Of a stretch of 64,000 nt of DNA, positions 56,640 through 64,000 are shown one piece after another. Numbering within the stretch: the first letter of the stretch is position 1; each line of letters opens with the position of its first letter. Made by a program: the position numbers and the translations under genes. The stretch is from Balneolaceae bacterium. GTDB lineage: Bacteria; Bacteroidota; Rhodothermia; Balneolales; Balneolaceae. The stretch lies in contig SKKO01000006.1 in NCBI GenBank assembly GCA_007123715.1, forward strand, positions 1,123 through 65,122, read 5' to 3'. The notes beneath the pieces were generated by a model. The model made no database searches and was not told the origin of the DNA. It worked only from the letters and a program-made list of their open reading frames with translations.

Positions 56640-56795
56640 GCGCTGGCAGATCACGTCCTGATTTGTGCGCAATGTGCTTTAAGTAATCATGATATTAAAG
56701 ATCAGGACTTGCCGATATACTGACTCTCAGATATGGGTGTTGCATTGCACATAACCGGTGAATTTTTAGACTATTTTTTGAAATCCCATTTGGGG

Positions 56796-56876
56796 GATAT
56801 TCGATTTTCGATATCCGATCTAGAGTACTTCGCATATTTGCAATCAGTAATCGAAAATCGCATATCAAATTCTGAA
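56796..56876. repeat. Inverted heptamer arrays (GATWTTC units vs AATCGAA-type units)
   Basis: Left GATATTCGATTTTCGATA matches the reverse complement of right AATCGAAAATCGCATATC at 16 of 18 positions. Confidence 0.6.
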
Positions 56877-57013
56877 TTGTACCCGTTACTCCGGGATCTG
56901 AAAGCTTTAAAAAAAGGAGATTTGGTGGGTGCTGACAGGTTATATAAGTTATGATATCAGTATGCGCCACGGTACACCCCTCTAAACCCGCTACCTGATA
57001 CCCACCTCTCTAC

Positions 57014-58708
57014 TTACTGCCCAATAATATAGTACGTAGGCGCCTCAGGCCCCACGGGCATACCCAGTCCAAACACCCATACATAAAAAAGAATAATCCA
57101 GCCGATGAGAAAGAAAATACTGTACGGCAGCATCATGGCAATGATGGTTCCGATACCGAGATCTTTATCATACTTGTTGGCAAAAGCAAGTATCAGACCA
57201 AAATAACTCATCATGGGAGTGATAATGTTGGTAACCGAGTCGCCGATTCGATATGCCGCCTGAATTACTTCCGGGCTGTATCCAACGAGCATCAGCATAG
57301 GTACAAAAATGGGGGCAGTAACCGCCCACTGGGCCGATGCGGATCCAAGCATCAGATTTACAGAGCCGGATATAAAAATAAACCCAATAAATATGATCGG
57401 GCCTGTCATCCCGACATCCTGCAAAAACTGGGCACCTTTTACGGCAAAAATCTGCCCGAGATTGCTCCATCCGAAATAAGCCACAAACTGCGCTGCAAAA
57501 AACACAATCACAATGTAGAGCCCGAGTGTTGACATGGCTCCCGCCATTCCTTTGATCACATCACGGTCATCTTTCATTGTGCCTACCACACGGCCATAGA
57601 CAAAACCAGGAATCATAAAGCAGACAAAAATGAACGTTACAATTCCATTCAGAAACGGTGAGTTAAGCATTTCACCGGTTTCAGGATTACGTAACACCCC
57701 GTTTTCTGGTATAATGGTCATTGCCAGTGCGCCGAACATAATCATCACGGAAATGCCGGTATATTTCAGGGCTTTGATCTCTTTTGCAGAGAGGGGCTCC
57801 ATTGAAACCTCATCAGATAGGGGTTCCATTGCCATACTTTCATCATATTTACCAAGCTTTGGCTCTACAATCCGAAGGGTAACAAACGTGCCGGCTGCCG
57901 TGATAAAGAACGTGCTGATAAACATGAAGTACCAGTTCACGGCTGCATGTACGGTATAGTCCGGGTCAATCAGATTGGCGGCTTCCTGTGTAAGGCCAGC
58001 AAGCAACGGATCTATAGTACCGATAAGCAGGTTAGCGCTGTACCCCCCCGATACACAGGCAAATGCACAGGCCAGCCCGGCAAGCGGATGCCTGCCCATT
58101 GAATGAAAAATGACAGCAGCAAGAGGCACAAGCACCACATAACCCATCTCGGAGGCCGTATTCGAAATGACTGCCGCAAAACAGATTGCTATTGTTACCA
58201 GGTTCTTCGGATTCAATATAAAATTGAAAAGGCGAACCGGGACTGCAAATATTCCTGAAGCGCTGCTTTCTCTGGGCCGGAAGGAGGCTGCTTTCAGAAC
58301 GATTCCCCGGATAACAGCACTGATTAGTCCTGAATGTTCTGCCACACCTACACCCAGCAGCGCTACCAGTACTACACCAAGCGGAGCAAACCCGGTAAAA
58401 TTCCGTACCATGTTTTCCACAATCATTCTGAATCCTTCTCCATTCATCAGGCTTACCGGCTCAATAATTCCGCCCGGAGCACGCCCTGCAGCCCCCTCAG
58501 GACGGGGATCAGGAGCCGACCAGTTCAGCCATTCGGCCAGTCCGCTTAACAGTATAACACCAAGAGCAAAAAGGGCAAAAAGGGTTACAGGATGTGGCAA
58601 AAGGTTTCCAAGCCACTCCACGAAGTCGAGAAAACGAGTGAACAGTGTTTTTTTGGGAGCAATATTTTCCGGTACTTTCGGGTCATCGGTTTTGGGATAT
58701 TCACTCAT
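57014..58708 (-). CDS. AbgT-family transporter
   Basis: GNLLPHPVTLF, NFTGFAPLG, GGYSANLL, SASAQW, AYRIGDSVTNIITP, GIGTIIAMMLPYS. Confidence 0.94.
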   Translation of the reverse strand: MSEYPKTDDPKVPENIAPKKTLFTRFLDFVEWLGNLLPHPVTLFALFALGVILLSGLAEWLNWSAPDPRPEGAAGRAPGGIIEPVSLMNGEGFRMIVENMVRNFTGFAPLGVVLVALLGVGVAEHSGLISAVIRGIVLKAASFRPRESSASGIFAVPVRLFNFILNPKNLVTIAICFAAVISNTASEMGYVVLVPLAAVIFHSMGRHPLAGLACAFACVSGGYSANLLIGTIDPLLAGLTQEAANLIDPDYTVHAAVNWYFMFISTFFITAAGTFVTLRIVEPKLGKYDESMAMEPLSDEVSMEPLSAKEIKALKYTGISVMIMFGALAMTIIPENGVLRNPETGEMLNSPFLNGIVTFIFVCFMIPGFVYGRVVGTMKDDRDVIKGMAGAMSTLGLYIVIVFFAAQFVAYFGWSNLGQIFAVKGAQFLQDVGMTGPIIFIGFIFISGSVNLMLGSASAQWAVTAPIFVPMLMLVGYSPEVIQAAYRIGDSVTNIITPMMSYFGLILAFANKYDKDLGIGTIIAMMLPYSIFFLIGWIILFYVWVFGLGMPVGPEAPTYYIIGQ

Positions 58709-58743
58709 ATATAGATCGGTCTGTCTGTTTTTGAATTATAAAT

Positions 58744-59109
58744 TTATTTTCCGGCAGTTTCAGGTACACCCGTTCGTTTCAGGTTAATTTTCATCAGATA
58801 CCCGGTAAGTGCGCCGAGCCCGCCCGGTATTCCCCCAATAATGAATGTCATCAGCAGCACCAGCCATGGAGAACCCAAACCCATCATTTCGGCAATCCTC
58901 GAGGTTAAAATGCCATCATTTGAGAGATGGATGTAGAAAGCCTGCAAAAACCATGCAAGGCCCGATCCGCTAAATCCGACGATAAACGCCATGAAACCGC
59001 CGTTAATCAGCCATACACCAAAAAATATGGCCGGAATAAAGAGTGACCACCAGGGCATAAACAGTGTTAATACCCAGGAAAAGATTAAAATGCCAAAAAA
59101 AGCTTTCAT
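58744..59109 (-). CDS. Hypothetical membrane protein
   Basis: Four hydrophobic segments; LFMPWW, IGGIPGGLGALTG. Confidence 0.75.
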   Translation of the reverse strand: MKAFFGILIFSWVLTLFMPWWSLFIPAIFFGVWLINGGFMAFIVGFSGSGLAWFLQAFYIHLSNDGILTSRIAEMMGLGSPWLVLLMTFIIGGIPGGLGALTGYLMKINLKRTGVPETAGK

Positions 59110-59190
59110 ATAGTATTCTTGTTAATTCCCGGAATTACAGAGTATATGAGTTTGGCAATAAAACTCAAACCCAAGTTCAAAGAGGTATGC

Positions 59191-59348
59191 GTTGAACGGT
59201 CGAGTATTCCGCTGCGCGGAATGTTGAGTGCGCCGGCGGTGCGTTAAATCGTTGAACTGTTGAACTGATGATTAAAAACCGGAATCTAAATTAAAATATA
59301 TCAGTTTCACAGTTAAACGCGAACGCAGTGAGCACTCAACAGTTTAAC
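59191..59348. repeat. Degenerate palindromic element with octamer arrays
   Basis: GTTGAGTGC (59223) / GCACTCAAC (59332) perfect inverted pair; GTTGAACT x2 vs CAGTTTCA/CAGTTAAA/CAGTTTAA; internal ATTCCGC-TGC-GCGGAAT hairpin. Confidence 0.6.
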
Positions 59349-59495
59349 ATTTCGTTACTGTCATGTGTCGCTACTAATTTTGCCCCAACTGCACACAGCA
59401 CTATTTTGATCTCATATCGATTATTCTGATCTTTAGGTGTTCAGTTTTGCGCTAAGAAAATTTTGTTAAATCCTTATTTAAGATAGAAAAAAAGA

Positions 59496-61262
59496 ATGGC
59501 AAAGGTAGAAGTGGTAATGCCCCAGATGGGTGAATCGGTAATGGAAGGAACGATCATTGAATGGGCAAAAAAAGTAGGCGAGAGGGTAGAAGCCGATGAA
59601 ACCCTGCTTGAGATTGCCACCGATAAAGTGGATACCGAAGTTCCGTCACCCGAATCAGGTATTCTAATTGAGATCCTTGCTAAGGAAGATGAAACCGTGG
59701 AAGTGGGTCAGCCTATTGCAATTATCGATACCGAGGGTGAAGAATTTAGTACCGATGAAGACGAACAGGCAGACGAAAAAGAGGAATCTGACGATGAACC
59801 TGCCGGGGAAGATGACAAACCGGAAGAAAAAGAGGACGAAAAAGAGCAAGAACCTGAACCTGAGGCTTCAGAAGAAAAAGAGACTGGTGAGCCTGATAAA
59901 AACGGAGAGCGAATCGAAGTGGTAATGCCCCAAATGGGTGAATCGGTGATGGAAGGAACCATCATTGAATGGTCAAAAAAAGTGGGTGATTATGTCGAGG
60001 CCGATGAAACCCTGCTTGAAATTGCGACCGATAAAGTAGATACCGAAGTCCCATCACCGGAATCGGGTACTCTGGTTGAAATTTTGGCGGAGGAAGGTGA
60101 AACGATTGAAGTAGGTCAGACAATTGCCATTATCGCTACCGGGAAAGCGGAATCTTCTGCACCTGGAAAAGAAGAGAAAAAAGAATCTTTGGCCGCTACA
60201 AACGGTTCTGCCAAAGAAGACAAACCTGATGCCGCTGACGCAGATGAATCCGCCCCTCAACGAACGGGTTCTGATGGCCGGTTCTACTCACCCCTGGTGC
60301 GATCAATCGCCAAAGAAGAGGGAATTACCATGCAGGAACTCGAGAGTATTGAGGGAAGCGGTAAAGACGGGCGTGTTTCAAAGAGTGATATTCTCGCTTT
60401 TGTTGAAAATAAAAAAACAAGCAAAAAAGAAGAACCTGCTCAGCAAAAAACCGGCGGTCTGCAAAAACCCGTACCCGAATCCAAGGTCGCGGCAGGCAAG
60501 GAAACCATTTCTGCCGGTGAACTGAATGTATCAAGGCCGCATCAGAACGTTGAAATTGTGAAGATGGATCGTATGCGCAAAATGATCGCCGAGCACATGG
60601 TACGGTCAAAGCAGACATCTGCACATGTTACCACTTTCAGCGATGTGGATGTGACTAACATCGTGAAATGGCGAGACTCCAATAAAAACAAATTTTACGA
60701 TCAAACCGGCATCAAACTTACCTTCACCCCGATTTTTATCGAGGCCTTTATCAAGGCGATAGGTGAATTTCCGCTGATTAACAGCTCTGTTAACGGTGAT
60801 GAAATCCACCTGAGAAAAGATATCAATTTTGGAATAGCAGTTGCCCTCGGTGAAGGCGGTAAGGGGGGATTGATTGTCCCTGTGATTAAACGGGCGCAGG
60901 ACAAAAACCTGATTGGCCTCGCAAATGCGGTAAGCGACCTTGCAGTTAAGGCAAGAATTAAAGAGCTGAGCCCTGATGACCTCGTTGGCGGAACCATCAC
61001 CCTCACAAATTATGGAAGTGTAGGTAATCTGATGGGGACCCCGATCATTAACCAGCCGCAGGTAGCCATCCTGGGAACCGGGGTTATTGAGAAACGCCCG
61101 GTAGTGCTTGAAACGGAACATGGTGACCTAATCGGGATACGGCACAAAATGTATCTCTCCATGAGCTATGACCACAGAATTATTGACGGGGCTCACGGCG
61201 GGGCATTTATGAGCCGTGTTAAACAGCTTTTAGAGACCTTTGACCCAGAAAGAGCGATTTAG
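59496..61262 (+). CDS. 2-oxoacid dehydrogenase E2 (dihydrolipoamide acyltransferase, SucB/DlaT-like) with two lipoyl domains
   Basis: Two MPQMGES...ATDKVDTEVPSP lipoyl domains, SPLVRSIA...GSGKDGRV binding domain, PIINQPQVAILG, catalytic YDHRIIDG. The parent complex cannot be assigned from sequence alone. Confidence 0.92.
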   Translation: MAKVEVVMPQMGESVMEGTIIEWAKKVGERVEADETLLEIATDKVDTEVPSPESGILIEILAKEDETVEVGQPIAIIDTEGEEFSTDEDEQADEKEESDDEPAGEDDKPEEKEDEKEQEPEPEASEEKETGEPDKNGERIEVVMPQMGESVMEGTIIEWSKKVGDYVEADETLLEIATDKVDTEVPSPESGTLVEILAEEGETIEVGQTIAIIATGKAESSAPGKEEKKESLAATNGSAKEDKPDAADADESAPQRTGSDGRFYSPLVRSIAKEEGITMQELESIEGSGKDGRVSKSDILAFVENKKTSKKEEPAQQKTGGLQKPVPESKVAAGKETISAGELNVSRPHQNVEIVKMDRMRKMIAEHMVRSKQTSAHVTTFSDVDVTNIVKWRDSNKNKFYDQTGIKLTFTPIFIEAFIKAIGEFPLINSSVNGDEIHLRKDINFGIAVALGEGGKGGLIVPVIKRAQDKNLIGLANAVSDLAVKARIKELSPDDLVGGTITLTNYGSVGNLMGTPIINQPQVAILGTGVIEKRPVVLETEHGDLIGIRHKMYLSMSYDHRIIDGAHGGAFMSRVKQLLETFDPERAI

Positions 61263-61384
61263 TGTCTTTTTTTGATTAAACCAATAATCGGCATTTGACA
61301 GATCACCTGTTAAACCTTATGCCTATTTCCATCACCGAAGAACTATTTTATTCCGGATAACGTGAACTCCGTAAACTGCCGGCT

Positions 61385-62233
61385 ATGATTGTTACCCATA
61401 CCATCGAAAATACACGGAAGGCAATACGTACGCTCCGGGAAAAAAACGGTCGCCTGGCACTTGTTCCCACCATGGGAGCCTTGCATAACGGACATCTTTC
61501 ACTGATCAAACTTGCGCGGCAGCATGCCGATTTTGTAGTTGTATCCATTTTTGTAAACCCTGAACAGTTTGGGCCTTCCGAAGATTTTAACAGCTATCCC
61601 CGTGATCTCGATAAAGATCTTGAAAAATGTAAAAACGCACACGCAGATATCGTATTTGCCCCGGAACGAATTCACGTTTACGGTGAAAAAAACGTTCTTT
61701 CCATAGGGATTGATTCACTCAACAGGCATATGTGCGGAGGCAGCAGGCCCGGTTTCTTTGAAGGGGTTCTCCTTATTGTGAACAAACTGTTCAATATTAT
61801 CAAACCGGATATAGCCGTTTTCGGCCAAAAAGATATCCAGCAGTTTTTAATTATCAGCCGGATGATACAGGAGTTTAATCACGATATTGAACTGGTTATG
61901 GCTCCGGTAGAGCGTGCAAACGACGGGCTGGCCCTCAGCAGCCGTAATGCTTACCTGAGCGATAAAGAAAGGGCTGCTGCACCGGGTTTGTACCGGTCTC
62001 TTCAATATATTTGCAGCATGATGAAGCAGGGCGTACATTCCCCGGAGCTTCTCATTGAACATCAAAAAAGTGAGCTTGAAGCAAAAGGTTTCAAAATTGA
62101 TTATCTTGATTTGTTTTCTTTAAAAACGATAGAGCCTGTACATACGTTACATAAAGGCTCTGCATATATTCTTGCCGGAGCCGTCTTGCTTGGAAATACC
62201 CGGCTGATAGATAATTTATTGATTGAATTGTAA
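61385..62233 (+). CDS. panC: Pantoate--beta-alanine ligase
   Basis: [49 protein letters not shown]. Confidence 0.96.
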   Translation: MIVTHTIENTRKAIRTLREKNGRLALVPTMGALHNGHLSLIKLARQHADFVVVSIFVNPEQFGPSEDFNSYPRDLDKDLEKCKNAHADIVFAPERIHVYGEKNVLSIGIDSLNRHMCGGSRPGFFEGVLLIVNKLFNIIKPDIAVFGQKDIQQFLIISRMIQEFNHDIELVMAPVERANDGLALSSRNAYLSDKERAAAPGLYRSLQYICSMMKQGVHSPELLIEHQKSELEAKGFKIDYLDLFSLKTIEPVHTLHKGSAYILAGAVLLGNTRLIDNLLIEL

Positions 62234-62244
62234 GCGAATTAGCT

Positions 62245-62661
62245 ATGAAATTAACGATGTTTAAGTCCAAACTGCATCAGATGAGAGTTACAGAAGCTAA
62301 TCTGATGTATGAGGGAAGTATCACAATTGATGAAGACCTGCTAGATTTGTCAGGCATTCTTCCCTATGAAAAAGTAGCCGTGGTAAATATTACCAACGGT
62401 TCCCGGCTCGAGACGTATACAATTCCCGGAGAAAGGGGGAGCGGAGTCTGCTGTATGAACGGAGCTGCAGCCCGGCTAACTCAGGTTGATGACCGCATCA
62501 TCGTAATCGCCTATGCACAAATGGAACCGGAAGAAGCACGCAAACACATTCCCACTGTAGTGATTGTAGACGAATACAACAAACCTAAAAAGGTGCTTGA
62601 GCAAACGTTACACGGCCGTTCGTACAACCTTAAAGGTGGCCAGCCTCAGGCCCTGAACTGA
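62245..62661 (+). CDS. panD: Aspartate 1-decarboxylase
   Basis: [13 protein letters not shown] (Gly24-Ser25 cleavage site), RLETY, NGAAAR. Confidence 0.96.
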   Translation: MKLTMFKSKLHQMRVTEANLMYEGSITIDEDLLDLSGILPYEKVAVVNITNGSRLETYTIPGERGSGVCCMNGAAARLTQVDDRIIVIAYAQMEPEEARKHIPTVVIVDEYNKPKKVLEQTLHGRSYNLKGGQPQALN

Positions 62662-62686
62662 TAAAAAAAACGTTTTACCATTTTAG

Positions 62687-62725
62687 AAAAGCCCGATTGA
62701 AACTTCTTCCTTCGGGCTTTTTTTT
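62687..62725 (+). terminator. Intrinsic terminator after panD
   Basis: AAAAGCCCGA / TCGGGCTTTT stem followed by a T run. Confidence 0.75.
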
Positions 62726-63050
62726 GATTTTTAGGCATGATTCAGTTGAAATCCGGTTCAATACTTTACCGTTTTGGTGATAATTGTGTTGAATGTTTGT
62801 TTCAGTTATTCAAAACAATTACCTGATTTCATAACTACGGTTTCGTGAATAATGTAGCCCCCTCCTTGGGAGAGAGTATGAGGAAATACTTAGCGAAATA
62901 AATGGATCAAATAAATCTCCCATTGATTTACGCGACCCCCTCAGGGTTCCATTTATGAAAAGACACGAGGGATGGATTTCCGGTTACAAGATCTCAACAA
63001 CTCAATGTATATATCTGCCCTTATTTTTGATCCACTGGCCTAAATTTCGA

Positions 63051-63554
63051 TTATTTCTCGATCAGGCCTTCAAGTTCATCTAACAGGCTTTCACAGCTTC
63101 TTTTTAATACATTAAATACATTTTGAAAACCATTCATACCGCCATAATATGGATCGGGAACCTCGCCATCTTCAGGCTGAGGGTCAAAATTGCGAATGAG
63201 TTTTATTTTTTCGGTATGTTGGCCATTCCGGCTCAGTTTGCGCAAATTCCTGAGGTTTTCCTGGTCCATGGCAAGAATCAGGTCGAATTCATCAAGGTCA
63301 GTAGCTTCAAACCGGCGCGCCCTTGAGTGCAATTTGATACCATGTTGATCAGCTGTCCATTGGCTCTTGCTGTTTGCAGGCTCATCGATGTGGTATGCTG
63401 AAGTTCCTGCCGAATCGATGAAAAAGTAGGGTGAAAGTTTTCTCTCATTTACAAGATGCTGAAAAATACCTTCAGCCGTAGGGCTGCGGCAAATATTGCC
63501 AAGGCAAACAAAGCATACATTGTAAGGATCTTCTTTCGTAATCGGTCGTTTCAT
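63051..63554 (-). CDS. Low-molecular-weight protein-tyrosine phosphatase
   Basis: FVCLGNICRSPTAE P-loop, DSAGT, ILAMD, VPDPYYGG. Confidence 0.95.
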   Translation of the reverse strand: MKRPITKEDPYNVCFVCLGNICRSPTAEGIFQHLVNERKLSPYFFIDSAGTSAYHIDEPANSKSQWTADQHGIKLHSRARRFEATDLDEFDLILAMDQENLRNLRKLSRNGQHTEKIKLIRNFDPQPEDGEVPDPYYGGMNGFQNVFNVLKRSCESLLDELEGLIEK

Positions 63555-63589
63555 AAAAATACATGTTTGTTGAGTTACTGCACAGATAG

Positions 63590-64000
63590 TCAGCTTTGGC
63601 TTTTCTTCTCTGCTGCGGCATTTAAAAACCTTGAGAAGCCTACCACATCCTGGTAACCGCGCCTGCGGTCAATCACATTGCCTTCAGCATCCATAACTAC
63701 AATAAACGGGTAAGCCGTAACACCCATCCTGGAAGCAAATTCTTTTTCAGTCATCTCCTGGCCGTTAAATACAAGTTTGTTCTCTGAGTGTCCGTTTACT
63801 TTCACCGGGTAAAAACTGCGGTCAAGAATTGTACGGATGGTTGGTGCCGGATAAACCTCACGATCCATCATGCGACAAAATCTACATCCCACTTCATAAA
63901 TATCGATCATCAGGAGGCGGTCATTGGCGGATGCCTGATCCATCGCAATATGCAGAGGCATCCACTCCGGTGCGTTTTCTATCTCTTCAGGAGTGATCTG
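63590..64000 (-). CDS. Thioredoxin-fold protein (SoxW/DsbD-like); N-terminus lies beyond the window end
   Basis: GCRFC CxxC motif and GVTAYP cis-Pro loop. The frame stays open from 63961 to 64000 (QITPEEIENAPEW-MPL...). Confidence 0.85.
   Translation of the reverse strand, partial: QITPEEIENAPEWMPLHIAMDQASANDRLLMIDIYEVGCRFCRMMDREVYPAPTIRTILDRSFYPVKVNGHSENKLVFNGQEMTEKEFASRMGVTAYPFIVVMDAEGNVIDRRRGYQDVVGFSRFLNAAAEKKSQS

Noticed and set aside
56695-56970. ORFs 56695-56970 (-) and 56733-56954 (+)
   Set aside because: Their sequences (CDFRLLI, ISKIE, IENRIS) are translations of the heptamer arrays, not real proteins.
62664-62679. AAAAAAACGTTTTACC as a fourth LacI operator
   Set aside because: It lies downstream of panD next to a terminator, lacks the TG flank and has no link to the iol genes.
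62858-62985. CCCCCTCCTTGGGAGAG and CCCTC...GAGGG patches after panD, with a similar patch near 17080-17150
   Set aside because: Reminiscent of REP-like elements but too degenerate to define arms or boundaries.
1-64000. CRISPR array, rRNA, intact IS/transposase, integrase or prophage
   Set aside because: I saw no regularly spaced direct repeats, rRNA-like sequence, or DDE/tyrosine/serine recombinase motifs. The tRNA-Gln has no adjacent integrase or duplicated 3' end.

Overview
A ~43% GC bacterial chromosome segment, probably from a Balneolota/Rhodothermaeota (Bacteroidota-related) organism. That assignment is inferred from the long Bacteroidota-type SecA, DUF2851/DUF3078-like genes, the tRNA-Gln-prs-rplY-pth block and the Na+-dependent bioenergetic genes. 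Most of the window is housekeeping or metabolic: glgP (partial), ispE, CCA-adding enzyme, dinB, gdh, hutI/hutG, secA, ackA, secG, putP, dnaN, CRY-DASH, rnhA, pyrF, Na+-PPase, a 2-oxoacid dehydrogenase E2 and panCD. The clearest accessory block (4.0-16.2 kb) is a LacI-regulated myo-inositol cluster: ABC transporter-iolG-iolB-iolC-class I aldolase-iolD, then a convergent iolE and divergent lacI, with three candidate operators. I found no rRNA, CRISPR array, intact IS or prophage. Best leads: (1) two intact but apparently catalytically dead enzymes, an SRAP/HMCES-like and a DEAD-box-like protein, flanking a CPBP protease; (2) an unannotated 28-38 aa membrane ORF coupled to putP; (3) a ~175-nt structured ncRNA candidate downstream of hppA; (4) an uncharacterised aldolase that probably replaces IolJ; (5) several hollow inverted short-tandem-repeat elements in intergenic gaps. 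All family assignments come from motif recognition by eye; no searches were run.
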